Assembly: GCA_030390025.1 (NCBI GenBank)
Contig: CM059426.1
Span: 215,636,001 to 215,690,709 of the forward strand
Direction of reading: 5' to 3'
DNA length: 54,709 nt
Origin: Squalus acanthias
Taxonomy: Eukaryota
Numbering within the stretch: the first letter of the stretch is position 1; each line of letters opens with the position of its first letter. The notes under the pieces were generated by a model, which was given only the letters and a program-made list of their open reading frames with translations, was not told the DNA's origin and made no database searches. The translations under genes and the position numbers were made by a program. Below, in pieces: positions 12,718-24,300 of this stretch.

Positions 12718-15700
12718 GAGAGCCCGCCCTCGCCCTCTCGGCACCCCTCCTGGCATTGATACAACAAAGAGGAGATGGGTTATATATAACCATGAGGGTG
12801 GGCGATCAGGACATAGACTGTCTCCTGGATACCGGAGCAGAATTAACATGTTTTCCTCTATGCTACGAAACATCTTTACCCCTGGATGGAAGGACACAAA
12901 CAGCCCATGGGGCTGGGGGTCACGGTCTGGTAATCAGAAGAACTCGACCTGTGCTCATTGGACTTGGCCCACACGAATTAACTACATCGGTCTGGGTAGG
13001 CCCAGTGGACCAAGCCCTTTTGGGAATGGATGTTTTGACTCAACTGGATTCCTCGTTGCATTTTAAGGACGGTCGGGTGACATGGTCTATTAGACTTCTG
13101 AAGAAAGAGGAGTTGAAGGAACACCCAATATGGGCCAAAGATAAGAACAATTGTGGCCTACTCCAGATGGAACCCACCTCATTTACCGGGACCACCCCCC
13201 CGTGCACTAAACAATATCCCATTAATCACACCTCCATTGCAGGAATCTTACCGGTCATCCAAAAATTGGAAGAGCGAGGGGTGCTGGTCAAAACCCATAG
13301 TTCGTCCAATAGTCCGGTATGGCCAGTACGGAAACCCAACGGTACATGGCGCCTAACTGTTGATTATAGAAAAGCCAACCAGTGTATTGATCAGAAGGCC
13401 CCTTTGGTCGCGGATCCCTCCACCATTTTTAATGTTCTCATGCCGGAACATAAATGCTTCTCGGTTATAGATATGGCCAACGGATTTTGGTCGGTGCCAT
13501 TGGCACCTGAGGTCCGACCGTGGTTTGCCTTTACCGTCCAACAGCAACAGTACACCTGGACCCGGCTACCACAGGGTTTTCACAACAGCCCCACGGTATT
13601 TCACATGGCCTTACAAAGCCATTTGCGAGAATTACCTACCATGCCCTCCACGGTTATCTAGTACGTGGATGATATTCTGTTAGCCTCCAACACGGAAGAA
13701 CAGCACGAACAGGACCTACGTACCATGCTGGACCACCTTCACCTGAAAGGACATAGAGCCAGCATTGACAAAGCACAAATAGCCCAAGAAGAGGTTGTGT
13801 ACCTGGGGCAAAAGATTTCGAAAGGAAAGAGAGAACTTACCCAGGACAGGACCACAGCCATTCGGGCTGCCAAACAGTCCACTACTATCCAAGAACTCAG
13901 GTCCTTTTTGGGTTTGTGTAACTTTAATAGAAATTGGATCGACTCTTACACACAGCTTGCTCAGCCATTGAATGACCTCTTAAAGGGGAAGCGGACATCA
14001 AAGGAAGCCATCGCCCTCACGAAGGAACAGCAAGAGGCCTTCGCGAATCTAAAAAAGGTCTCTGGGGATCCCCGACAGTGGTAAGACATTTACCCTGTTT
14101 GTCCATGAGAAAGGAGGATACATGACAGCTATACTGACACAAGAACATGGGGATCGGCAAAGGCCTATTGGCTATTATTCGGCAAAACTGGATGCGGTAG
14201 CCCTCGGATGGGGAAGTTGCCTAAGGGCCATGGAAGCCACATGTCGAGCGGTAATGACCACTGCGAGTCTAGTCCTCGACCAAAAGCTGATTGTCAAGTG
14301 TCCCCACACCGTGCACACCTTGCTGTCTATGAATAGAGTGTCTCAGGTGACGGCAGCTAGATGGACCCGATGGACAGCAGTCTTGGAAGCTCCTAACCTC
14401 CATATCGTCCGGGCCAGCCCGGTTAATCCCGCAACTATGCTCCCGATGTCTGAGAAGCAAAAGGAGGGAGGAGAATACGGAGGAGAGCATGACTGTGTGG
14501 AGATTTTAAAAGAAACAGAAGAAGCAGCATTAGCAGCAGGAGAACCTTTGCAAAATCCGGACCTCATCCTTTTTACAGATGGTTCCTCCTTTGTTAGACA
14601 ATGGCACCAGAAAAGCAGGATGGGCAGTTACAACCTTACATGAGGTCGTGACAAGAGGGTGTCTACCCTCAGGAACGTCAGCCCAACAGGCCGAGTTGCG
14701 AGCCCTGTCAGAAGCATGCCGGATAGCGGAGGGACAAACGGCTAATATCTATACGGATTCACGCTATGCTTTTGGAGTCACTCACGACTTTGGCCAGTTA
14801 TGGCGGAAAAGAGGATTTCTTACTGCCGCTGGTACACCTATTAGAAATGGGAAAGAGGTCCAAGACTTACTAGAAGCCATACAATTACCCCGGGAAGCAT
14901 CCATTTTGAAGTGTAAGGCCCATACGAAGGAAAATACCACAGAAGCGAAAGGAAATGCCCTGGCCAACCAGGCAGCCAAAGAAGCTGCTTCACAATGCGC
15001 TTCCCCGGGAGGACCAACAAAGATGTGCAGACTGGAAGCACTCAGTCTGACTCGGGACCTACGGACAATGCAAGGCGATTGCTCTAAAGAGGAAAAATGG
15101 ACATGGATGGAGGCAGGAATTAAGCTATGTGAAGACGGCGTCTGGAGACAAAGAGATACCGACAAGCCAGTCGCGCCACAGGCACTGATGCCCTTTTTAG
15201 CCCAACAGATCCACTCATGGGGACACCTGGCCCCACAACAGATGGCAGCCAGGTTTCAGAAAAGTTGGTGGGGCCGGGGATTCAAAAAACATGCCCAGCT
15301 GGTAGCAGACTGCTGTGTGGTCTGTCAGAAAAATAATCCCGGACCCATCACGATAATGCCCCAACTGAAGCCCCCTGCCCCTGCCGGACCATTCCAGCAC
15401 TTGCAGGTGGATTATATATCTCTCCCCCCATGTCAAGGATACACTGAAGTCTTAGTCATTGTCGACAGATTCTCCAGATGGGTAGAAGCTGCCCCAACCA
15501 GAAGAGCCACAGCCAATCATACTGCTAAGGTCCTGTGCAAAGATTATATCCCCCGATGGGGAGTCCCGACCAGCATTGACTCTGACCAGGGAACCCACTT
15601 CACAGGGGCTGTCTGCCAAGAAGTCTGTAGGTTACTAAACATTACGTGGGACTTACACCCACAATCATCAGGCCAAGTGGAACGAATGAATCGAACTCTG

Positions 15701-16159
15701 AAACAACGGCTTGCCAAGTATCATCAGGAAGGGATACCGTGGCCTCAGGCACTACCAATGGTCCTATGTAGTATTAGGGCAACCCCAAACAGAACCACGG
15801 GCCTGAGTCCATTTGAAATTATAATGGGAAGACCCATGTCACTGCCAGGAACCATTGATTTGCGAAAAGCTGATTGTCACTTAATGAGTGACGCTTTATT
15901 AGAATACTGTCAGAACCTAACAAATGCTATTAGTTCTGCTTCCCGACAGGTATCGGCAGCTTGGGGAGATCCACCAGAAGGAGGACACGACATTATCCCA
16001 GGAGTTTGGGTTTACGTGAAAAAGATACATAAAGAACCTTTGGGCGCTAAGTGGGAAGGACCTTACCAAGTGTTGCTGACCACTCAAGCAGCTGTTAAAG
16101 TCCAAGGGAAGAAAGCTTGGATTCACGCATCTCACGTTAAGCGAGCCTCCAGTAACTGA
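12714..16159 (+). pseudogene. pol: Retroviral Pro-Pol (protease, RT, tether, RNase H, integrase), disrupted
   Basis: LLDTGA protease; LPQGFHNSP and YVDD RT; FTDGSS/AQQAEL/YTDSRY RNase H; HHCC, DDE (QVDY, SDQG, VERMNRTLK) and WEGPY integrase. Lesions: TAG at 13659-13661 and frameshifts near 14058 and 14594. Confidence 0.95.
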
Positions 16160-16189
16160 ACTTTAAGGACAATTGTTATCTTGCCAAAA

Positions 16190-17575
16190 ATGATTAAGTA
16201 TATTGTGTTATTGTTTGCATGTATTCTAGGCATCTGCTTACTTTTAACCAGCCGACCCTCCACACCTCAGGAGAATAATCGAGTACCTAGGGAATTACAT
16301 GTAAACACCCTGTTGTATATGTCATACACTTATGCCAAAAGGAGTAATATTTCCAGTTGTTGGGTATGTACGCATGTGCCTGTACATTCAATGGGAGGCA
16401 TTCCCCTGAGACCCATCCCCTTTAATGCCTCAGAAATAGCCGAATGGATAATTAGACAGAACACCTCCTGGCAGAATACTTCCCAAAGCGAAAACATCTC
16501 TTATGGAAGAAATACTTCCAATATGGAGGATTGGGAACCAGACTGGAAGTCAGCAGGCTATAATTTAACTACCTTCCAGGGGTGGTACCAACCCAATTAT
16601 AATCGGACCCGGCAACCCCCGTTTTTGGTCCTCACTAGTACCTCCGGGGTGGGAAGACAATTAGGAGAGTTATGTTTAGTTAGAAGTCAAGCGGGAGGAC
16701 AGAAGGTTGGTAACAGTAGCTGCTTTCAGAGTTACCATATAACTCCACCCCACAACTGGACCGATGTGAGTCAGTTTAACATGACAGGTGTCCGTAACAA
16801 GACAAGTGGGGACGCCTGGTCGGGCCCCAACCCTATGGTAACAAATAAGCAGTTGGACTTCACCTCGTATAATAATACTTACTTTATCTGTGGCCACAGG
16901 GCCTACCTCTGGTTACCGCAATCCTGGACAGGATCGTGTTATTTGGGTTATGTTACAACCTACACCCGTCATTTGACCTCCCTGCCTGAGCCGCCTCGCT
17001 GGCAAAGAGTGAGACGAGCAATTATAGAAACGGAGAGATTCTTCGCTATCTTGGTTCCCTGGTATGGGACCGCAAAGCTGGCGAGGGAGTCCATTAACAT
17101 GGCATCTGTCCTAGAAAAGGTGGCCAATGATACCTCTGAAGCACTGGTTGAGATTAGTGCAGAAATGGTAGCAACCCGCACGGTAGCCCTACAGAACAGA
17201 ATGGCCCTTGACTACCTTCTGGCTGAAAGGGGAGGCACTTGCGCCCTAATTGGAGCCGAATGTTGTACCTACATCCCAGATAGCTCCGAAGAGATCACTC
17301 GTCTGGCAGAGCGTATCCGAGAGGAGGTAAAAAAGCTAAAACAGCCTCCAGCCTCCACCTTGTGGGGTTGGGTGACTGGGTGGCTAGGCTCACTAGGAAC
17401 CTCATTGGTGCAAAGTCTAATTCTACTCTGTGTAATTATCTTACTTTTATATTGCTTGTATATGTTGATAAAATGCTGTTGCAACCAGGCGGCTGTAGCC
17501 GCTGCCCCGCAGGAGAGATGCCTGGAAGGTCCTCGCAAACCATTTCTACATTGCACAGGGGCATGTTATGTTTGA
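16190..17575 (+). CDS. env: Retroviral envelope glycoprotein, gamma-type, uninterrupted 461-aa ORF
   Basis: Signal-like MIKYIVLLFACILGICLLL, CWVC (CXXC), many N-x-S/T sites, furin site RVRR, ISD-like LQNRMALDYLLAERGG, CX6CC (CALIGAECC), TM helix. Confidence 0.92.
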   Translation: MIKYIVLLFACILGICLLLTSRPSTPQENNRVPRELHVNTLLYMSYTYAKRSNISSCWVCTHVPVHSMGGIPLRPIPFNASEIAEWIIRQNTSWQNTSQSENISYGRNTSNMEDWEPDWKSAGYNLTTFQGWYQPNYNRTRQPPFLVLTSTSGVGRQLGELCLVRSQAGGQKVGNSSCFQSYHITPPHNWTDVSQFNMTGVRNKTSGDAWSGPNPMVTNKQLDFTSYNNTYFICGHRAYLWLPQSWTGSCYLGYVTTYTRHLTSLPEPPRWQRVRRAIIETERFFAILVPWYGTAKLARESINMASVLEKVANDTSEALVEISAEMVATRTVALQNRMALDYLLAERGGTCALIGAECCTYIPDSSEEITRLAERIREEVKKLKQPPASTLWGWVTGWLGSLGTSLVQSLILLCVIILLLYCLYMLIKCCCNQAAVAAAPQERCLEGPRKPFLHCTGACYV

Positions 17576-17720
17576 GGGAAGGTTGTCTAAATAACAGGAG
17601 AAAAGGAAACGTTCGGTCCCCTTTTACCTGTATGTATGTTTCGAAGACATTAGTTTTTAGAATATTTGTAGTGGTATAACCAGTGTTGACTGATGTTTTA
17701 AACTTTTGTGATTCTGTATT

Positions 17721-17740
17721 AGGGAGAATCAAAGGGGGGA
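17721..17740 (+). promoter_or_regulatory. Polypurine tract
   Basis: agggagaatcaaagggggga immediately before c-TG of the 3' LTR. Confidence 0.85.
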
Positions 17741-17741
17741 C

Positions 17742-18126
17742 TGATGGAGAATTACTAGCTAAACTAGGATTGATAGAACGTGGTGTGCTAAGGAATTGTT
17801 GCTATGCCAGGTGTTAGGATATTGCGCAATAGGAGAAGTGCCATAAAAGGAGTTACGCCCTTCGCCCAATTAGGACGCGACCGCTGCACCAGGGGACCAA
17901 TCACAGCATGACAACTCAGAGTACCTGATGTTGCTAAACCAATGATATGTGAACTGTATAGAAAACACCATATTCGAAACTGAATTTTTGTTAGTTCGTT
18001 GATGACTGCCACCATGACTGACGTATTGTAATAAAGTTTACCTGAAGTTACCACCGGACTCAGAATCTTATTTGTAAGCGTCGACCTGGTGTATCACTTG
18101 GTCCGCAGAAACAATGAGGTCTTACA
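17742..18126 (+). repeat. Complete 3' LTR (385 bp, TG...CA)
   Basis: Starts TGATG after the PPT and ends CTTACA; three CCAAT motifs, TATA-like tatagaaaa at ~17957, AATAAA at 18030. Confidence 0.92.
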
Positions 18127-18346
18127 CACACCATCCTGACTTAGAAGTATATCGCCGATCCTTCATCGTTGCTGGGTCAAAATCCTGGAACTCCCTTCCT
18201 AACAGCACTGTGGGAGTACCTTCACCACACAGGTTGCAGCAGTTCAAGAAGGCGGCTCACCACCACCTTCTCAAGGGCAATTAGGGATGGGCAATAAATG
18301 CTGGCCTTGCCAGCAACGCGCACATCCAATAACAAATAAAAAACAA
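18127..18346 (+). repeat. 220-bp direct repeat, right copy (LINE B 3' end)
   Basis: Copy of 10519-10738 abutting the LTR terminal CA. Confidence 0.95.
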
Positions 18347-18690
18347 AGATGCAGGGAGGATGTTTCCCCTCGTGGGGGAATCTAGAACTAGGGAGCATAG
18401 TTTCAGAATATGGGGTCACCCATTTAAAACGGAGATGAGGAGGAATTTCTTCTCTCAGAGGGTCGTGAATCTTTGGAATTCTCTACCCCAGAGAACTGTG
18501 GAGGCTGAGTCATTGAATATATTCAAGGCGGAGATAGACAGATTTTTGAAAAACAGAGGAATCAAGGGTTATGGGGAGCGGGCAGGAAAGTGGAGTCGAG
18601 GCCAAGATCAGATCAGCCATGATCTTATTGAATGGCGGAGCAGGCTCAAGGGGCCGAATGGCCGACTCCTGCTCCTATTTCTTATGTTAT
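18347..18690 (+). mobile_element. 3' end of CR1 'A'
   Basis: DAGRMFPLVGESRTR...LWNSLP...GIKGYG, CR1 3' hairpin region and cttatgttatg tail. Confidence 0.8.
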
Positions 18691-18830
18691 GATTTTTGGA
18701 CTCTAGGGGAATCAAGGGATATGGGGAAAGGGCGGGAATGTGGCGTTGAGGTCGAAGATCAGCTATGATCTTATTGAATGGTGGAGCAGGCTCGAGGGGC
18801 TGTATGGTCTACTCCTGCTCCTTATGTTCC
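18691..18830 (+). mobile_element. 3' end of CR1 'O'
   Basis: gatttttggactctaggggaatcaagggatatgggg continues the element broken at 4299. Confidence 0.75.
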
Positions 18831-19004
18831 ATTTCAACAAAGAGTACAGGGATGGAACTCAGAGAAGAAAACGATTACAAATACTCTGATCGGATCCAAG
18901 AAAACGAGATCTAGGCCGCATGACTTTTGCCTGTTGTTAGTATTCTTCTCTTCTTCTTCCTCCTCATGTCACAAAAAACAAACTCAGCCTTATTCCAGAA
19001 ATGA

Positions 19005-19700
19005 GATGAGACCATTCAGCTCCTCGAGCCTGCTCCGCCATTCAATCAGATCATGGCTGATCTGAACCTCAACTCCATTTACCCGCCTTTGATCCATATC
19101 CCTTACCTAATAAAAATCTGTCCATCTCAGTCTTAAAAATTTCAACTGACCCACAGCCTTAGTGGGGAAGAGTTTTCTAGATTTCCACTGCCCTCACTCC
19201 TGAATGGCCTAGCTCTAATTTTACGATTGTGCCCTCTTGTTCTGGATTCCTCCACCTATCAAATCCTATCATTTTAAACACCTCAATTACATTACTCCTC
19301 AACCTTCTAAACTCAGAGGAATACAAGTTTATGCAACCTGTCCTAAGTTAACCCTTTAAGCCCCAGTATCTTTCTGGTGAATCTGTGTTGTACCCCATCC
19401 AAGGCCAATATATCCTTCCTGAGGTGCGATGCCCAAATTTGAACGGAGTGCTCCAGATGGAGTCTGACCAAGGCTCTGTACAACTGGAGCATCACTTCCT
19501 CCCCTTTGTATTCCAGCCCCCCTCGAGATAAAGGCCAACATTCCATCAGCCTTGTTGATTACTGTGCACTAGCTGTTAGTGATGTGTGATCCTGGACACC
19601 CAAATCTCTCGGCTCCTCCACAATTCCTAGTCTCTCGCCATTTAGAAAATATTTGATTTGCCTTTCCCAGATCCAAAGTGGATGGCCTCACTTACTAACA
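19005..19700 (-). mobile_element. Degenerate CR1 3' fragment
   Basis: ORF 19343..19546 with LQLYRALVRLHLEH...; CR1 3' UTR motif near 19010-19070. Confidence 0.8.
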
Positions 19701-19809
19701 CTGAACTTCACTGTAATTTTTTCCCCCATTTCATATATAGTTCCTTTAAATAAAATACAATACCCTATTAATCAAGCTGAGCAATGGCTGAGCAAGATCG
19801 TACAATTAC

Positions 19810-20335
19810 AGAGAATGTACAGTGTGAAACAGGCCATTCGGCCCTATTGGTCTATGCCAGTCTTTATGCTCCACATGAGCCTCCTCCCACCTTTCTTCAT
19901 TGCACCCTATCAACATAACCTTCTATTCCTTTCTCTATTCTTAAATGAGTACTTACCTAGATTCCTCTTAAATGCATCTACTCTCAGTAAAGATGTTTCT
20001 CCTGAATTCCCTATTGGATTTATTAGTGATTCTTATATTCATGGCCCTTAGTTTTGCACTCCCCCACAAGTGGAAACATCTTCTCTACGTCTATCAAACC
20101 CCTTCATAATTTTAAAGACCTCTATCAGGTCACCCCTCAGCCTTATCTCTTCTAGAGAAAAGAGCCCCAGCCCGTTCAGTCTTTCCTGATGGCTGTGCCC
20201 TCTCAGTTCTGCTATCATCCTTGTAAATTGTTTTTGTACTTTCTCAAGTTCTTCTATTCCTTTTTGTAATATGGAGACCAGAACTGTGCACAGTCCTACA
20301 AGTGTGGTCTAACCAAGGTTCGAGAAAAGGTTAAT
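19810..20335 (-). mobile_element. Degenerate CR1 3' fragment
   Basis: aggccattcggccc 3' UTR motif; reverse complements of RGDLIEVFKI and LVRPHL coding motifs. Confidence 0.7.
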
Positions 20336-21397
20336 GTCTTTGCTTTTGAAATCTATTCTAGTCTCTCCTCGTCACATATATACCATGTATCTAACCACTA
20401 AATCTATACAAGTGTATCCCTGAATCCCTGTTACTCACTGAAGCTCAGTCCTACATAGAACATATAAACTTTAGGTTTGGTTTTGTCAGAAAGAGAATTT
20501 TCAAAATAAACCTTGCGTATTAAATTTCCAATAACACAGTACCCAAGCTAATTATTTTATATACAAATTAGTCAAAACTATGACAGGCATGGACAAACCG
20601 TACTAAACTTATAAATGAAACTTAATTATTTTCACATCCATTTGTCTCACAGATATACAGGTTACAAACCCTGTTTCCTATTTATTTGTCCCCTCCTCCA
20701 GGTGTTAACTTGGGTAGTTTCACCATCACCCACTCACCCAAGTGGGAGCTTTGATGGGGAGTGTTGGCAGGCTATTTAACTAGTGGGCATCACCGCCAAT
20801 CCTGATTCCATTCTCGCCCAACATTCCCACACATGCATTTTCTGCAGCTGTTGTTGGATAGCTATCAGGAGCAGAAAATCCAGCTAATGTTTCCATCCTA
20901 ATCCAAGGCGATAAAGCCAAGTGTAATCCTGGATAATATCAGCTAATTTAGCACACTCCAGGGATTAAACATGGGACTGTCCTGGTCTGTATTGCTGTCC
21001 ATTACAAGTTTACAATACAATCAACAAGTTCCATCAAAATTAAATCAACTGGAAGGTGGCCTAATGAGAGAGAATGGTGTTCTCACAGGCTGGAGCAGGG
21101 TACATCTCAGCAGGTGTAGATCCCCTCGCAGTACGGATGGACAGACACTGTGTTGGTGTTATCATGCGTATTTCTGAAGCTTGCCCTTTTGGTTTAACTG
21201 CTCATTCATTCAGCTCTCCTCCTCCCACCCCGAAAACAAAACTTTGAATTAATTGTGAGAACAGGTACGCTGTTAGTCCACATCCTCTTTTATTTCAGCT
21301 TCTTTCTCAATGTACATGGGGCTGGCCAAAATATTTGAGTGCAATTTTTACTTTTGGCCGAACAAATAATCATAAGAACTGTCACTGCCCTGACTCA

Positions 21398-24300
21398 GAG
21401 TCATTACGGCACAGAAGGAGGCCATTCGGCCCATCGAGTCCGTGCCGGCTCTCTGTAGAGCAATGCAGTCAGTCCCATTCCCCCGCTCTATCCCCGTAGC
21501 CCTGCAAGTTTATTTCCCTCAAGTGCCTATCCAATTTCCTTTTGAAATCATTGAGTGTCTCCGCTTCCACCACCCTCGTTGGCAGCGAGTTCCAGGTCAT
21601 TACCACTCGCTGCGCAAAAAAGTTCTTCCTCACATCCCCCCTGTATCTCTTGCCCAAAATCTTCAATCTGTGTCCCCTAGTCCTTGTACCATCAGCTAAT
21701 GGGAACAGCCTTTCTCTGTCTACCTTATCCAAACACATCATAATCTTGTACACCTCTATCAAAACTCCCCTCAACCTCCTTTACTCCAAGGAGGACAACC
21801 CCAGCTTCTCCAACCTAACCTTGTAGCTGAAATCCCTCATCCCTGGAACCATTCTGGTAAATCTCCTCTGCACCCGCTCAAGGACCTTCACATCCCTCCC
21901 AAAGCATGGTGACCAGAACTGGACGCAATACTCTAGTTGTGGCCTAACCAGAGCTTTATGAAGGTTCAGCATAACTTCCCTGCTTTTCATAGAATCATAG
22001 AAAGTTACAGAATGGAAGGAGGCCATTTCGGCCCATCGTGTCTGCGCCGGTCAACAAAGAGCTATCCAGCCTAATCCCACTTCCCAGCTCTTGGTCCGTA
22101 GCCTTGCAGGTTAGAGCATCCCAAATGCACATCCAAGTACTTTTTAAATGTGGTTAGGGTTCCTGCCTCTACCACCCTTTCAGGCTGTGAGTTCCAGACC
22201 CCTCACAACCATCTGGGTGAAGACATTTCCCCTCAAATCCCCTCTAAACCTTCCACCAATTACTTTAAATCTGTGCCCCCTGGTTTTTGACCCCTCTGCT
22301 AAGGGAAATAGGTCCTTTCTATCCACTTTATCTATGCCCCTCATAATTTTATACACCTCAATAAGGTCTCCCCTCAGCCTCCTCTGTTCCAAGGAAAACA
22401 GACCCAACCTATCCAGTCTTTCCTCATAGCGAAGATTCTCTACTCCCAGCTACATCCTTGTAAATCTCCTCTGTACCCTCTCTAGTGCAATCACATCTTT
22501 CCTGTAATGTGGTGACCAGAACTGCACGCAGTACTCTAGCTGAGGCCTAACTAGTGTCTTATACAGTTGAAGCATAACCCCCCTGCTCTTGTATTCTATG
22601 CCACGGCTAATAAAGGCAAGCATTCCGTATGCCTTCTTAACCACCTTATCTACCTGGCCTGCTATCTTCAGGGATCTGTGGACATGCGCTCCAAGGTCCC
22701 TTTGTTCCTCTACACTACTCAGTGTCCTACCATTTAATATGTATTCTCTTTCATTGTTAGCCCTCCCCAAATGCATTACCTCACACTTCTCCGGATTGAA
22801 TTCCATTTGTCACTGTTCTGCCCACCTGACCAATTTATTGATATCTTCCTGCAGTCCACAGCTTCCTTCTTCAGTATCAACCACACAGCCGATTTTAGTA
22901 TCATCTGCAAACTTCTTAATCATACCCCCTATATTCAAGTCTAGATCATTGATATATACCACAAAAAGCAAGGGACCTAGTACTGAGCCCTGCGGAACCC
23001 CACTGGAAACAGCCTTCCAGTCACAAAAACACCCATCAACTATTACCCTCTGCTTCCTGTCTCCGAGCCAGTTTTGAATCCAACTTGACACTTTGCCCTG
23101 GATCCCATGGGCTTTTAACTTCGTGACCAGTCTGCCATGTGGAACCTTATCAAAAGCCTTGCTAAAGTCCACATACACTACATCAAACGCACTACCCTCA
23201 TCTACCCTCCTTGTTACCACCTCAAAAAATTCAATCAAGTTTGTCAGACACGACCTTCCCTTAACAAATCCGTGCTGACTATCCTTGAATCCGTGTCTTT
23301 CTAAATGAATACCTCCATTTATGAAGCCCAAGATCCCATATGCTTTGCTAACTACTCTCTCAATATGTCCTGCCACCTTCAAAGATCTATGCACATGAAC
23401 CTCCAGGTCCCTCCGTCCCTGCACATTCTTTAGAACTGTGCCATTAAGTCTATATTGTCTCTCCCTATCCCTTCTGCTAAAATGCATCACCTCACTTTTA
23501 TCTGTATTAAATTCCATCTGCCACTTGTCTGCCCATTCTGCTAGCCTATCTATGTCCTGTTGCAGTCGATTGGTATCATCAGCACTGTTTGCCACACCTC
23601 CAAGTTTGGTATCATCGACAAATTTTGAAATTTTACTCTGTATTCCGATATCCAAGTCATTTATATATATCAAAAAAAGCAGTGGTCCGAGCACTGACCC
23701 TTGGGGAACACCACTGTCTACCATCCTCCAGTCTGAAAAGCAACCATTTACCATGACTCGCTGTTTTCTGTCCTTAAGCCAATTTCTTATCCAAGCTGAC
23801 ACTGACTCTCCTATTCCATGAGCCTCAATTTTGTTAACAAGCCTTTTATGTGGTACTTTGTTAAACGCTTTCTTAAAATCCATATAGACAACACCCACTG
23901 CATTCCCTTCATCAATCATCTCTGTTACTTCATCAAAAAATTCAATTAGATTAGTCAAACACGATCTGCCTTTTACAAATCCGTGCTGGCTCTCCTCAAT
24001 TAACTTATACCTTTCCAAGTGCCTGTTAATTTATTCCCTGATTATTGTTTCTAAAACCTTACCTACCACTGATGTTAAACTGACCGGTCTGTAGTTACTA
24101 GGATTGTCCTTACACCGTTTCTTGAACAAGGGTGTCACATTTGCCACTTTCGATGCACCTCCCCCGCATCTAGGGAAGATTGGAAGATCATGGCAAGCCC
24201 TTCTGCTATCTCCCCCCCCCAACTTCCCTTAGTAGCCTGGGATGCAAGCCATCCGGACCAGGCGACTTATCCACTCTAAGCATATCCAGCCTTTTCAGTA

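Larger units (their letters stand above)
10738..18126 (+). mobile_element. Endogenous retrovirus provirus (partial LTR-PBS-gag-pol-env-PPT-LTR), class III/ERV4 (SnRV-like) pol with gamma-type env
   Basis: Matching LTR segments, PBS, PPT and canonical gag/pro/RT/RNase H/IN/env motifs in order; class assignment is from motif recall only. Confidence 0.95.

Noticed and set aside
10738-18126. ERV as a LINE-retroposed copy of viral RNA, which would explain the missing 5' U3
   Set aside because: A retroposed RNA would end in R plus poly(A); here the 3' end has complete U5 ending in CA and no poly(A).
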